Assembly (NCBI GenBank): GCA_965202585.1
Contig: OZ241829.1
Span: 61,628,001-61,692,000 of the forward strand
Source: Thalia democratica
Lineage: Eukaryota
DNA: 64,000 nucleotides
Direction of reading: 5' to 3'
The notes below the pieces were generated by a model. That model was not told where the DNA came from. It made no database searches and saw nothing but the letters and a program-made list of their open reading frames with translations. A program made the translations under genes and the position numbers. Positions 1 to 13,791 of the stretch are shown piece by piece; within the stretch, counting starts at the first letter, position 1, and each line of letters begins with the position of its first letter.

Positions 1-119
1 TAGAAATATTATTCTATTTGAAATTAAATTTAGTGCTATAAAGTTATTTATTAAATTTAGTTTTTTTTTATGAAATATTTTAAGCATAGGTTTCAATTGT
101 TTAAATGAATAATATCGTA

Positions 120-361
120 CAGGGTTGCCAAAACACCTGGAGTCCTGAAAAAAAAAACAGAATAAGAATAAAAAGAGTTATGTATGATTAAAGAAAATTC
201 TTAATAAAACACATTTAAAATAGCTTTACAGGATATTTTCAATGTTTTTATAATATTGAGTTTTTTACCTTAATTTAAATTTACACTAAAATTGGACCAA
301 AAAACTTGGAGGAAATTTATAAATTCTTGATTAAATTTACAAAAAACCTTTGGCAACCCAG
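120..361. mobile_element. Non-autonomous hAT-like MITE, family A (internally deleted copy)
   Basis: Termini CAGGGTTGCCA (120) and TGGCAACCCAG (351-361); internal sequence resembles the copies at 12249 and 14675. TSD only approximate. Confidence 0.6.
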
Positions 362-1316
362 TATCGAAATAAATCATATGTTTTTTAAAGTATGTTTTAG
401 GTATATTACATATATTTAGTTTCAGGCCATTAGGGGTTGAATATTTTTTTAAAGTAGTCTTATAATTTACATAAAAGTTCAAAGTGAAGATTTGAGATAT
501 AAGTGTTCTAATTTGAACGTTTTAACCTCAAAAGTTAATTTTAGTTATAAAACAGTAAAAAACGACTGATATCTTAGTTTTTATATGTAATTTAGTTCAA
601 TAGGTTCTTTAGGTTTAATGACTTCAATTGGTTATTTATAAGAGGCGCAAATTAAAGAGTCGATAGTAGACTACTTAAATAACATTTTTCTTCATTTAGT
701 TTTTAAGTTATTGTTTTCAAACTTTCTTAGACTATTTTTTTTATAAATTTTGTACAACTTGTAGAGAACAAATAATTGATCTTTTTTTTGGTAGTATAAC
801 TTTTAGGTCTTTTTTAAAATTTCATTTTCTACAAGTTGTTCGTACTATTTAATAAACCATTTCTTGCCAATCTCTTGCCACCGAAACCGGTCGCGAATAA
901 AATATACAATTTGCATAAATCTATTTAAATAAGCTCTTTACATCCCAGTAAATTGAGCATTCTTTTTTAGTTAAGGCTGATATAAGTATGTTAAATAACT
1001 ATATAAACCATTTCTCTAAATCTTGAACTAAGTTCAAAAATGAAGTTACTGGTAGATTTTAAGAAAATCGGCCATAAATTTTAATGATTCTATACAGTTG
1101 TATCCAAAATATTTTACATAGCCAGTTATATCTCCGAAGTTAATTGTTTTTTTTTTATTTTATAAAAAGTATCTTGTATTATATACGGTAAGTTAAAAAA
1201 AAAAACTATTGTTGATGTTTGTAAAAAAAATGTTGGACCCCTATGGACTTAATGAATGGTCTTTTTAAGTACTTCAGATTCTTGCACTCACAATAATTTT
1301 GCCATTTTATAATACA

Positions 1317-1333
1317 TTATATATATATATATA
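1317..1333. repeat. (TA)n microsatellite (others at ~12643-12660 and ~29262-29281)
   Basis: Direct reading of TATATA runs. Confidence 0.8.
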
Positions 1334-1756
1334 TTTTTAACTTTTGTTAAAAAAGTAAGAGAAGCGTGTAAGTACAACTACTAAAATGAAACACTTTTAT
1401 TCTTTTATTTCCAACAATTTTTTTTCCTAAAAATTATACAAATTTAATTACAAAGACTTCAAGTATATTTTATTTGATACATTTATAAATAAAGTTTTAA
1501 AATCTTTAATTTATTTTAAATCCCCTATAACTTTAAGTACTAATTTTTACTTAAAGTTTAAACATCAATGGAGGCTAAAGTAAAGACAAAAAATTATATG
1601 TTGAAATAAGACAAGTAGTTCTAAGAGTAACAGTGCAGTAAACTTGCTTATGATTTCAATGTTGTTAAAAGCTTAATACACTTGAGTAAATTTCACTTAT
1701 TTTAAAGCACTTGATAAAATCTTATTTTGCAAATTCTCAAACTTCCACTGTTGCAG

Positions 1757-4700
1757 GCAGCTGGCCGACAAAATAGTGTACGAGTTCAAAGGCAACACGC
1801 TGTTGGAAGCCGTCAAGCAGGCGGACGTGGGAAAATGCAAGAAGCTGCTGCAATCGAATGCAGAGTCGTTTGCAGACTTGATCAGCTTCGTGCACCCGTT
1901 CACCAACGACTGCTTGCTTCATTTCGCCGCGTCTTCTCCGTTTCCCAAGCGAAAACAGGTCTGTTGAAACTTGTTAATAATTGAAGCTTTAAGTGTAATT
2001 TAGCATGTATAGAGTTGATGATCCAGCTACACCTTTTTATATTTGATGTACACCTTTAAGAAATATAAAATTAACTTTTTTCGTTATTATTTAATCTTTT
2101 AAACACAAGAGCTTCTTTTAGTGTCTATTGATTAGCATTAATCTTATTGAATTTTATGCTTAATCCAATTTAATCTTATTGATTTTTATGCTTTAAAAAA
2201 AACTCTAAAATTAAAAAATAAAAAGACCAATAAGTTGTCTCGTTTACAATCCAATATTTTTTTTTATAAACTTTAAGCCTACTTTGCGCAGATGACGGAA
2301 TTCTTGTTGCGCAAGGACTCCTCCAACCTCAACTGGAAGAACAAGGACTTGCTGACGCCGTTGCACGCGGCGGTGGACAAGAACCACATCGACGTGGTGG
2401 AGTTGCTGCTGAAGTTCGGGGCGAACGTAAACTCCATCGATTGCGTCGGGCAGACCACGCTGCACAGATGCGCGCAAAACAACAACCCGCAGGTTCGTGT
2501 GACTCGTTGCAGTGCGCTTTTGCGTTGCTCATGTGAAAAGTCTTGTTTCGAGTCGGTTGAAAGCGAAGCTGTGCTTGTTTTTTTTTTGTTGGATTTAGTT
2601 AGAGAGTTTTTGTTTGTTTCAGACTTTTATAGTTTGTTTTAAAGTTTTACAAAAAAAAACTTTAAGTTGTTTTTAACAGTTGATGGATTAATATGTTTTT
2701 TTTTTTAAAATTTTAATATTAACAGGAAAGTACTAATGTAGATTTTTCCATATATATGGGCCTAAATAAAAATTATAATGTTTTTTACTTTGTGGTAAAC
2801 AAATATTTATTCAAAGTTTGCTTGTTTATTTTGAATCAATTTTTTTCATGTCATCTTACACTGACTTTTTTATTTTTGCCTTTACTTAGAAAGCAAATTA
2901 TTATTATTTTCTATTACATACTACTTTATTCATTAGTACTTGATGCATATTATTAAAATATTGTTTTAGGTTTTAGTTTTAATTTGAGTTTTTATTGTTT
3001 ACACTTAATGATATATAACTTACTACAGTGATAAAAAATGAAAGGGGAGTTATTTTTTAAGCTTATCAATATTTTTTCAAATACTTCTTTATGAAGCATA
3101 AGTTATCTGCATTTACAAGATAATAAGGATAATTGCTGTCAGTAAAACTCAATCCAAAACTTAAAATTAGTTATTAAAGTTATTAAATAATTTATTAATA
3201 AGATAAATAATAAAGATTTTTTTTTTAAATTTAGAATAGGAACCTTATTTGCAGCTGAGATATAAAACAAAATTACAGTAAATCTGAAATGTTACCACTA
3301 GAACTTTAAATACTTACTTAATCTTACTAACTCCATTCATTAGATTTTTCTAATATTCCCACGCTTATCAATTATCATCCTTATATTTTTTAATTTACTT
3401 TGGCACGATCATAGTTTTAGTATCAAAAGAAATATTTTATTTAAACGAGACTACCAATTTATATAAGATTTAAAAAATTTATTTTAATGATTTTTTATAC
3501 AGATTTGTCAATTACTACTGCGTCACGGAGCAGATCCCAACATTTCTTCGCTTCACGGTTACACTCCTCTCCAAATGGGTTCCGAGAGCATCCAGCAAAT
3601 TATTCATGTTAGCTAAATTTAAATAAAACATTAATTTCTGTTATCTATAACTAACACCAATTTGTTTGTTCAAACAACTTTAAAAATCAAATACCTTTTG
3701 TTTACAAGTAATTGCTTTCAGGACTACATTGCAAGTCAACTCAATGCTTCTTGCAGCAAGCCAATCGCCGCTCAGCAATCTAATCACGTGGGCAAGCACA
3801 CCAACTCTGAAGCTGATGAACAGGTAACATCTGATGTAAAAAAAAAACATATACTGACTAAATAAAACATTAAAATTTTGAAGTCGCAGTTTAAAACCAT
3901 GTTAGTTTTTATTTCTAATAATGACTTTACTTCGTCAATAATATTTTAGGTAATCAAATTAACTACCAAAGAGTTATTCCGTATTCATTATCCACAGTGC
4001 TTTGTAAAACTTTTGTAAAGTAAGTTAATTTTTTCTTTTCAATTCTTATAAAATGTTTTGCCAATACAGCTTCTGGAGGCTTCGAAGAGCGGCGATTTGG
4101 AGCTGGTGAAGCGATTCATGACGTCATCGAACGTCAACTGCCGTGACGTCACCGGTCGATTGTCCACCCCTCTTCACTTCGCCAGCGGGTACAACAGGGT
4201 GGCGGTGGTGGAGCTTCTGCTGCAGCAGGGCGCCGACGTTCACGCCAAAGACAAAGGCGGTTTGGTGCCGCTTCACAACGCTTGCTCGTATGGACATTTT
4301 GAAGTTAGTTGAAGCTCATATAAAAATATATAAGAATGAAAGTTGAGAGGTTTTAGTTAAAAGTTTACCTCGCAATGAGGCTTAAGTTTTTGACTAAAAT
4401 AATTGCTTTAGTCGAGTTAAATCATTTTGATGAGATGAGACTTTCTAGTGACCTGCAAAAGTATAAGCAGTTTTTTATAAACATGAAAGCCTCTCATACA
4501 TTGTGCAGACCTAAGTGAATGACTTCAATGGAGCTCTATCGTCAAGAAACCTAACCACATATTTGTATGAGCTGGCTTCAAGTTGTACTATTCTGTACTT
4601 TTAACTTTAGAGCAGGGTTTCTCAAAGTGGGCCAAGTAGACCCCTTGAGGGCTATGACAGATACTCAGGGGCCCATGAACAGTAAAGGAATCTAAGGGGG

Positions 4701-7700
4701 GCCATGAGGTCATAATTTAAAACTTATACTAGATATTCTGGAGTTGCAGATGAAGAGCTAAAAAAGCTCTTAGGTGTTTTTAATGGTTGATTTTTGAGTA
4801 ATCTTGTTGAGTAATCTTGGGAGCCATAGCTTTTTTATTTTCTCTAAACAGCTTGAAAATATTCACCATTTATAAAAAAGTTTGGGAAACCATGTTTTAG
4901 AGGTTACAATAACAGTTCTCGATTTAATAATAAGGAGAATAACTACTTTACTGTCAACACAATGAATCACTCGTTTGAAACAATTCAAACGATATCCTCA
5001 GTTGAATAATAAAATCCTTTCAAATAGAATCAGATAGTTCGACAGAAAAGGTCCTTTTTGTAAATAAAACCCAAACAAAAAACAAATTTTGTCTTTACAC
5101 AAACTTTTGCAGCTTTTGTATTATTTATCACCGTCATTCCCCCGCAGGTGGCGGAGTTGCTGGTTCGGCAGGGGGCGGCGGTGAACGTGACCGACCTGTG
5201 GAAGTTCACCCCGCTGCACGAAGCGGCCGCCAAGGGAAAGTACGAAATTTGCAAGCTGCTGCTGAAGCACGGCGCCGACCCGAGCAAGAAGAACAGGGAC
5301 GGCAACACGGCGCTGGACCTCGTCAAGGACGGCGACACCGACATACAGGTTCGTTGTTGGTAGCTTCTGAAAGTGTTGGATATAAAGACACAAGGATTAA
5401 ATATTAAAACAATTTTGTAAGTTGTTAACACTTTTTCAAAAATTTAAGCATGAACAAAAATATTTATACCTTCTTGTTGACGAACAGTAAATATAAGTAT
5501 GTTTTTATACAATGTTTTTTGAAATTAATATACACTCGACTAGTAAATGACGTTTATGATATTTTACTCCGGATTTATACTAATTAGTAGGTAGGTCAAT
5601 AGTTTTATGTAACCATTAAACCATTATGTAACCAATAAAGTTTAACATGTTTGTTGTTTTTAATTTTTTTAGCATTTCTATCAAAAACAAATGGAAGTAT
5701 TATTCTTCTTAATATATTTTTGAGTTCATTAGATCACGTATAACTTTCTTCATAGAGTTATATAATTCCTTTGAAAAGAGGAAAAACTCCAAGTTTTAAT
5801 TAAGCTCGTGAACTTGTTCTTTGTAAAATACGCAAAAAAGACTAGTTTTAATTTTTGAAAACCATGCAGGATTTGTTGCGAGGAGATTCAGCATTGTTGG
5901 ATGCAGCAAAGAAGGGATGCCTCGCCAGGGTGCAGAAATTGTGCACGAGCGACAACATAAACTGCACCGACCAACAAGGAAGAAATTCAACTCCTTTACA
6001 CCTTGCTGCCGGCTACAACAATTATGAGGTGTTTTTATCAATGTTTTTAAATTGTCTGTTGTAAAACTTTATAAATTGGAGCTTTGATTATATTCTAAAT
6101 TGGAAAAGTTTAGTTTAAGCGGTGTTAGATTTTTGTACGCACGTCAAAATTTTTAAATGTTTTCATAGTTAGCAGAGTCAACTCACCTAAAACATATTTC
6201 TTATCGCTAGTTTCTTGTCACTCTTGTTTGTTAAAATAACTGCTGATCCAAGTGTTTTTATGGCAAACAACTGTTATATTCAGGTGGCAGAGTACTTGAT
6301 CGAGCAGGGTGCCGACGTGAACGCTCAGGACAAGGGAGGGCTGATACCGCTGCACAACGCTTCCTCGTACGGGCACGTGGACATCGCCTCCTTGCTCATC
6401 AACAACAACTCGCTCGTCAACGCTACCGACCGGTTGGTATTTATACAAAGTAATCTTGACTGCTCACTTTTCAGGTACTCCTGTTGAGTACTTTTGTGCT
6501 GGAAGGCTGGTGTTAGAAACTCAGTTTTCCATCCAGAGTGGTGTTTCTTAGGCAGGCACTTTTGGACTGTGTTGAAAATGTACACTCAAGAATTAAGTTA
6601 CTGTAATAAGCTTTAATCTTTAATGCGACTTGTTTGTCAGGGTTTTGAGAACATACACTTGTGACAGCATATTGAAACTAGTATTTTTTGCGTAAAGTTT
6701 ACAGCTTTTGTTTTAAAAAATACTAGATTACAAGATAAATAATATGACATTATTTCAGCTCTCAAGTTTCAAGTTACGAGTTGTACAGACTATGCTTATA
6801 TCTGATCAGAATTAATCTAAAAGTTGGAAGTATATAAATGATGTTTCCATTAAAATATATTTTTTAACTATTGAAGTTACTTACAAATTATACTCATAAA
6901 GTTGTTACCATGATTATATTTATAACCATAATGTTTACAGACTGTGCATAATAACACGTAAAATTGTATTTACAGGAAACTAAAAAATTGTATCCATTTT
7001 TTTTTTTTTGATATAGTTGTAATGTCGTTAGTAAACTGTGAACGATAAACACGCAAATCTTAAACAACAAACCTTTAGAAACTTATGTTCGGTTGAAACA
7101 TATTTACCAGTTGTAACATATTGAACTGACAGATGGGCTTTCACCCCCCTGCACGAAGCATGCCAGAAGGGAAGAACTCAGCTGTGCACGCTGCTGCTGT
7201 CATATGGCGCCGACCCGCTCATGAAAAATCAGGTTTGGTGTTTTGAGAAGGGTTTTGCTTCAATTTTTTATAAAAAATTTAAAGAAAATTCGTTTAATAT
7301 AGTAAGCTACGCGTTAATGTTTGTTTAGTTTTGATTAAGACAAATTGTTAATGTTTTTGCAAACTTCTTGTATATATAATACTAGTCATTTATTTGTAGC
7401 GTTGTTAGAAAGTATTAAATTTAAAGTTTAAAAAAAATTTTGACGTGTCATATGATACTTACTTTTTTTATAATTTTAAAATAAACCATTTGTTCAAAAA
7501 CAATAGTTCAAAAAGATTAAGCTTTGAAAAGTTCCGTTCGTAAACAGTGTGGTTAGGTGAGCATTATTATAAAAGTTATATATTAAATTCGATGGCTTAT
7601 TAAGATTGAATGTGAGGAATTTGCAGCGTGCATTTTACTGCCATAATTCTTAAAATATGTGAAAAAAGCTTGAATTTAAAGGATGGTTTTTTGTTCAGAT

Positions 7701-10700
7701 TGAATTTTGCGCTAGTTTTTTGGTCACATGTTGAAGTAATTGCTCGTCGAAGTTTTCGAAGTCAGCCGCAGGGTTTCGCGTTATGCATTATTTAAATTAG
7801 CAAGTTGCACTCACGTAAATTTCTGCATTTGAAAATAAAATGTGATGGCTTCAGCTTTCAAGTTTTAAACAAGTACTTTAGTTATAGTGTCTTCTTTTTT
7901 TGATAAGATGTAATAATTATGAACATAGGATTTTTTATTCTTTTGTTTTTAGTAGAATATAATTAGGCTAAGACAGAGCTAGCAGACTAATCAGTATAGT
8001 TACAAAGATGTTATTGCTTTTTTATAAGCTTCTTTGGTTTACCGGTTTTACCGCAAAGCAAGTTTTCAAAAGTTATGAAATTAAAAAATAAAACAATGAT
8101 AAAGGACAAATACACATAAATATAATTGCATAATTAATCACAATATAATGGTAAATTTTAAGGTGAAGTCCTTTAAAAATTTGTTGATAATTTTATTTCT
8201 TTAGAAAATATAAAACATTACTATTGCTACTTATGTTTTTTTATTGAAAACATCTGATATTTTATCAAGTTAAATAATAAAAACTACAAAATAATTTAAT
8301 TATTGTATTTTATTTTTTAACAATAATAAAGTTATTAATAGTATTTGTATGGTTGTTTATACTTATATTGTGATTGGTTTTTGTATATTTGTCACTTTGT
8401 TGTTTTATTTTTACAGCTTTTAATATTTTGAAAGGTTACAATAAAACTATCGTGTACTTTTTAAAATATCATTTAGTCAGGCGGGATCTGGATTTCAACG
8501 GTTAGAGTATTTTTGTTAAGTTAACAAACAAGTTTTAAAGCATTACAAATTGGTTTTGCAGCTTTTAACTGTTTTCATACTAATTATATTAACAACATAA
8601 GAAGCACTGCAAATGGAAACAATTCAAATTTACAAAATGCAAGGACTTGTAAAAAACTACTATGTTAACTTAACTTATTGGTTACCAGCTTCTAACTGCT
8701 TTTATGTTAATTGTGTAAATAGTATAACTAATACTGTAAACAGTTATTAACTATTCAAAATATTTTAAACTTACAAGCTATGAGGATTTGCAAAAAAGCT
8801 GTTATTGTAACTTAATGTTGAGCTTAATAATGTTTTTAACCTAATTTTAAGCAGTTTGTTCAAGTGTTGTGTTTAAAACGCTTTTAGATTTTTTTTTCAC
8901 AAAAACTTATAGCATTCACTTCCATATTATAGTTTAAAATTTTAGTAAATCAACTTATTATTTCAGGAGGGTCAGACGGCTTTGGACCTGACGACTCAGG
9001 ACGACATCAGGTGCCTGCTCATCGACGCTTCGCCCCATCTCCAGCAGACCGTGACGTCGTCACCCGGTAACCAGGGCAACCACGACTCGCATGGCAACGC
9101 GAGCGGGGAGGCCGTGGCAACCAAGTCGACCTTCCCCCCACTGAAAACCCCTTCGCTGGTTTCGTCTGAAGAAAACGGTTTGTCATCTAAATCAACTTTT
9201 TCACATTTAACTTTGAGTATGTTTTTTTTTCAAGTCATTTTAAGAATATTGATGTAGTATATTTATTTTATAATAAAGTTCATGATTAACATCAGTAAAA
9301 TTTTTTTTTTATAATTTGAGTTGGCGGTTCTATTTCCGTTTTTATTTAAAAGAGAATGATTTTGCAAATTTTTCATAAAAAAAGTTTTAACTTTGTGCAG
9401 TACTGAAATATCATTGTAAAATAACCTTATTAATTAAACAAGTATGCATAAATGCGTTTATTGTATGTTTTAAATATTTTTATTACTAATAATAATTTAA
9501 AAGTATTCTATAGAGAATTTTCTATACTTTTAAACATTTCTCAAATCTGAGAAGCTAACATATTTTTTATAACGTTACAAGTATTTTTACATGTAGAAAT
9601 ACATGACTTTAAGTTTTTCTTAAGACTAGTGTTGTAAAACAAGCTTTATGTGTTTTAAATACAGTTTTTTTCAAAGATATATACATTTCTAGTTATAGTA
9701 ATGAGGAAGTAATTTCTTAAACGGTTTTTCTTTTTTTTGTGTCTAAACAACATAAATATGGTTTAGTTTTATTTTCTGAAATTGTTTAGAAACCATTAAT
9801 GATAGTTACATAGAAATTACAATGTATTTTATTAATTATTTTCGACTGTCATGTATTTTTGTATAAAATTTTTGTTTATATTGTTAAGCGTCGAACTTAT
9901 TTATACTAATAACTTATTGATTCTATGTTTTAAATTCGTACAACAAATAAATGATATAAAAATTAATTTGTTAGTTTTTGTTTAAAAGTTGGTTAAAAAT
10001 AAAACAGATGATTTGAACAAGAGTTTGCGAACTTCTTGTGCGGGAAGTGCCAGCAGGTCACGTGACGATCTGAACCAATCAAAATCCACTGTTCAGGACA
10101 TCAACGAAGTTCTGAGCAAGCTGGACTTCACCGAACAGTACGGAGAAATATTCACAAAAGAAAAAATCACCTGGGAGGTTTTTTAGTGTTTAAATTTTCA
10201 AAAGTTAAAAAAAAAAAGACTAAATTTTTTTCTATCAACTGTACTTTTAGTCCAGTGTTGCTTTTTTCGTTAATAAATAAGCTTGAGCTAAACAAATTAT
10301 TTAAGGTAGAGTAGATACTTCATATACCGTACATTTTGTTGATAATTGAAATAGCCTAGGCGAAAAGTTGCTTTAAAAGAATTCAAGTACAAAATACAGC
10401 ACTTACAACTTTAGTTTCTATTTTGGAAATATAAAGATTTAGTAAAATTTTTGTTTGTTTAGTTTTATTTAACTAATTTCTTTTTTTTTTCACCCATTGA
10501 TAATGAATAGTTTAAAGAAGTTTTAAAATCATACTTGAGGTATAAAAAAAGATCTAGCTAATTTGTAGTAGTTAACTCTATAAAGCAAACGAACAATTTA
10601 AAGAATTTAAATTCAAAGGTGTTGTGCGAAATGGGCCACACTGAACTAAAAGAAGTAGGAGTAACAGCATTTGGTGACCGACACAGATTCATGAAATATG

Positions 10701-13700
10701 TTGAAAAAATTAACAACCAAAGCTCTGGTGACGATGCTTCTACCCCCATGCTTACTAAGTTTGTGTAAATTCTTGTAGTTTATACAATATAGAAATGTAT
10801 AAAGCTTTGATAAGCTGTACAATACGCTAAATGTTTCAATACTATTTAAATAACAGTTTAACATATTTTGTATTAAGTTATAAATTTTCAAAACTTTTTG
10901 ATAAAACTTTTATAGTATACAATTTATCAATAAAAGTTGTTTGTCTTGTATATTTTAGGAATAAATTAAATATGTATATAATTTGTATTGTACAAAAAGT
11001 ACTTGATTATGTAGTTGATTTTGCAGAACTCAAAAATATACATATTTTTGAAATTTATGATGTTAATAAACTAATTGGTTTTATAGACGTTTGAAAAAAA
11101 ATCTTTCAAGAAATTTTTTTTACGAATAAAAATTAAATTAAAAAACTAAACTTGAACTGAAAAGACAATTGCCGTAAAAAGTTATTTATTTTATTGAAAC
11201 ACTTAAAAGTCTAAATAACAACACAAAAAAGATATACAACGTTCTTGTAATAACTTTCAACTATCTACTAAATCCTCTTTGTGATAAAAAAAAATCAAAC
11301 CCGGTGCTTTCCCAACACAGAAACTCGGCGCAGGGGTCAACACTGGTTGAGATGAGCAGCGACGACAAGGAGTACCAGTCGATCGTGGAGGAGATGCAGT
11401 CGACCATCAGGGAACACAGGGACGGTGGCAACGCCGGTGGGGTGTTCAACTCGTACAAAATTATCAAGGTTGCATTTGGTTGCCATAAAAACATAAGTTT
11501 TTCAACTTTTTTCAGTTTGTTTTTTATTTTGTTGTTACTAATTATTTTTATGGTTTTTTAATAATTTACTTTAATATATTACTAAAACAATAAGATTATC
11601 TATATGAAATTTTAAATTTTTATTGTATTAAGATACAACCTTACATGTTTTTAAAAATTATTACTTCTTTTTTCCTTGTTTAATGAAAATTTCTAACAGT
11701 TTTATGTTTCTTCAACACAGGTAGAGAAAGTGGTGAACAAAAAGTTGAGGGACCGATGGAACCATCGCAGATCGGAGATAAAAGACGAGAATCACGGCCA
11801 TTCCAACGACAGAATGCTCTTTCACGGCTCGCCCTTCATAAGCGCCATCGTTCAAAAAGGTTTCGATTGTTTTTAGTCTGTGTAATTTGAAACATGGGAC
11901 GCTTTGTTTTTTATTCCGTTTTAGAGATTAGTTAAATTTACAGTCACATAATTGTACTAGTATTTTAAATACTCGGTCACGTGTTAAAGTTTGTCCAAAT
12001 AAGAATATTTTGTATAATAGATATGAGTTAACTTTAATAAATTGAACAACAAAAGTCAACAAGAAACTTGCTAATATATTATTTTACTGCATTTTTTAAC
12101 TTTGTGTACTCTTTTCTATAAAAATCAAAACTAATGACAACTGAAAGAAAGTTAACCTTAAGTTCAAACAGCAGTATATATGTTTACTACTATTGTATAA
12201 CTGATGATTGTAGCAATGAGCATAATTGTTTTTTTAATTTTTCATTTTGGGTAGCCACACAACCCGGAATATCGGAAAAACCTGGATGTTGACAATTTTT
12301 GAAAAAAATGTCGAGTTTTGAACAAAAATAACTAAAAATCCTGGAAATTTAAACTATTTTTACATTTTAAATAGTAAAACTTTGATTTGACACAAAAGCT
12401 TTATCATATTTATAAAAAAAAATTGTCATCGTTAAGATATATTTTTTTAACCAAAATTTAATTTAAAGTAGCATTACAGTATATTTTCAATGTTGTTATA
12501 CTATTTAACACAGTATTTTACTTTAAACTTAATTTTAAACTGAAAATATACCTTAAAACGTGTAATTTTAAAAATCTGGAAGAAATTTTGAAAACCTGGA
12601 TAAAATTTTCCAAAAACCAGTGGCAACCCTGTTCATTTTATGTAATATATATATATATATAAATTGCTGTTTAGAAATTTTCCACATAAAACCACGCAGG
12701 ATTCGACGAGAGGCACGCGTGCATCGGCGGCATGTTCGGAGCCGGCATATACTTTGCCGAGAACAGCAGCAAGTCCAATCAGTACGTGTACGGAATCAAC
12801 GGTGGCGCCGGTTGCCCCCTCCACAAGGACCGAAGCTGCTACGTGTGCCCGAGACAAATCATATTCTGCAGGGTCACGCTCGGTATGAATGTTTACAGTT
12901 TTAAGTGTAAAACTTCAGTTTGTTTGTTTTTATAAGACGCAGTTGCAGCTTGTTTTAACTACCAAGTAGATACGACAGTTTTGAAGAGCGATCCTTTTTT
13001 ACCGATTGTTGTGTTTAAATAGTGAATTTTAAGTTAATAAATGTATGCTTTAAAACAAGTAAAAGTATATGTTCATATCTAACTGAAATTCATTATTTTA
13101 ACGCATGCACCTAAATCAAAAGCTAAGTTAGGCTGTTTGAAAACTTACGAGTGCCGCGCGAATATGGTACTTACTGAAAAAGTGCTTGTTGTTCACACTA
13201 CACACGTTCAACAGGCAAGTCGTTCATGCAGTTTTCAGCGATGAAGATGGCTCACGCTCCCCCGGGCCACCACTCGGTCATCGGGAGGCCTTCGTCGGGA
13301 GGGCTCTGCCACGCCGAGTACGTCATATACCGCGGTGAACAGGTTTGAATTTTTTTTTTACCAAATATTTATATCGTTGACATTCAGGAGGTAAATTACG
13401 ATTAAAATAGTAAATTCAGTTGCTGGTTTTGATATAATATTTTACTTTTACTGTCCACATTAAGTACCGTGTCTTAACTTACATATGACTAATTTTAATT
13501 TCTAAAAATCATGATTTTATTGAAGCCAATAGTTAAGTATTCTGTATAAACTGTTTTTGTAAAAATCACTTTGTTTGTAAAACTAACAGATTTAAAGTAT
13601 TTTTGGAAGAATAAGTTTAAATAACTGTTTATTTTTCAGGCCTACCCGGAATACCTCGTTACCTACCAAATAGTAAAACCGTCATCTCCCCCTAACGAAT

Positions 13701-13702
13701 GA
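1757..13702 (+). CDS. TNKS: Tankyrase (poly-ADP-ribose polymerase 5), 5'-partial; 17 exons, ~877 aa in window
   Basis: Phase-consistent GT-AG exons: 1757-1958, 2292-2492, 3503-3607, 3722-3823, 4070-4303, 5148-5348, 5870-6028, 6284-6432, 7133-7232, 8967-9177, 10008-10177, 10619-10758, 11321-11468, 11721-11859, 12700-12882, 13215-13342, 13640-13702(TGA). Ankyrin motifs ([43 protein letters not shown]), SAM ([12 protein letters not shown]), PARP ([37 protein letters not shown] zinc site, [16 protein letters not shown]). N-terminal exons lie upstream of the window. Confidence 0.97.
4613..4894. mobile_element. hAT (Charlie-type) MITE in tankyrase intron
   Basis: Ends CAGGGTTTCTCAAA / TTTGGGAAACCATG; 8-bp TSD CTTTAGAG / TTTTAGAG (7/8), resembling the NTCTAGAN preference of Charlie elements. 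Confidence 0.75.
12249..12631. mobile_element. hAT-like MITE, family A, in tankyrase intron
   Basis: Ends GGGTAGCCAC / GTGGCAACCCTG; perfect 8-bp TSD TTCATTTT (12241-12248, 12632-12639). Confidence 0.8.
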
Positions 13703-13785
13703 AAGTGATAGAAAAGTATTAATTTCATTGAATCTGTTTGAACTTTTCTGCTGGGAACGACGCAGCGATTGTTTGGTGAAAATCC

Positions 13786-13791
13786 AATAAA
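13786..13791 (+). terminator. Candidate poly(A) signal of tankyrase
   Basis: AATAAA 84 nt after the stop; another at 14041. Motif is common in AT-rich DNA. Confidence 0.3.

Noticed and set aside
270-482. Short AT-rich ORFs here and at 2756, 10646-11094, 14578, 16492, 17326-17638, 26099, 27037-27711, 36625, 55446, 61780
   Set aside because: Low-complexity F/L/I/K/N composition, many with non-ATG starts, lying in introns or repeats; expected by chance.
1697-6585. Antisense and off-frame ORFs overlapping tankyrase exons (also 12620-12888)
   Set aside because: Shadows of GC-rich coding exons with few stops in other frames.
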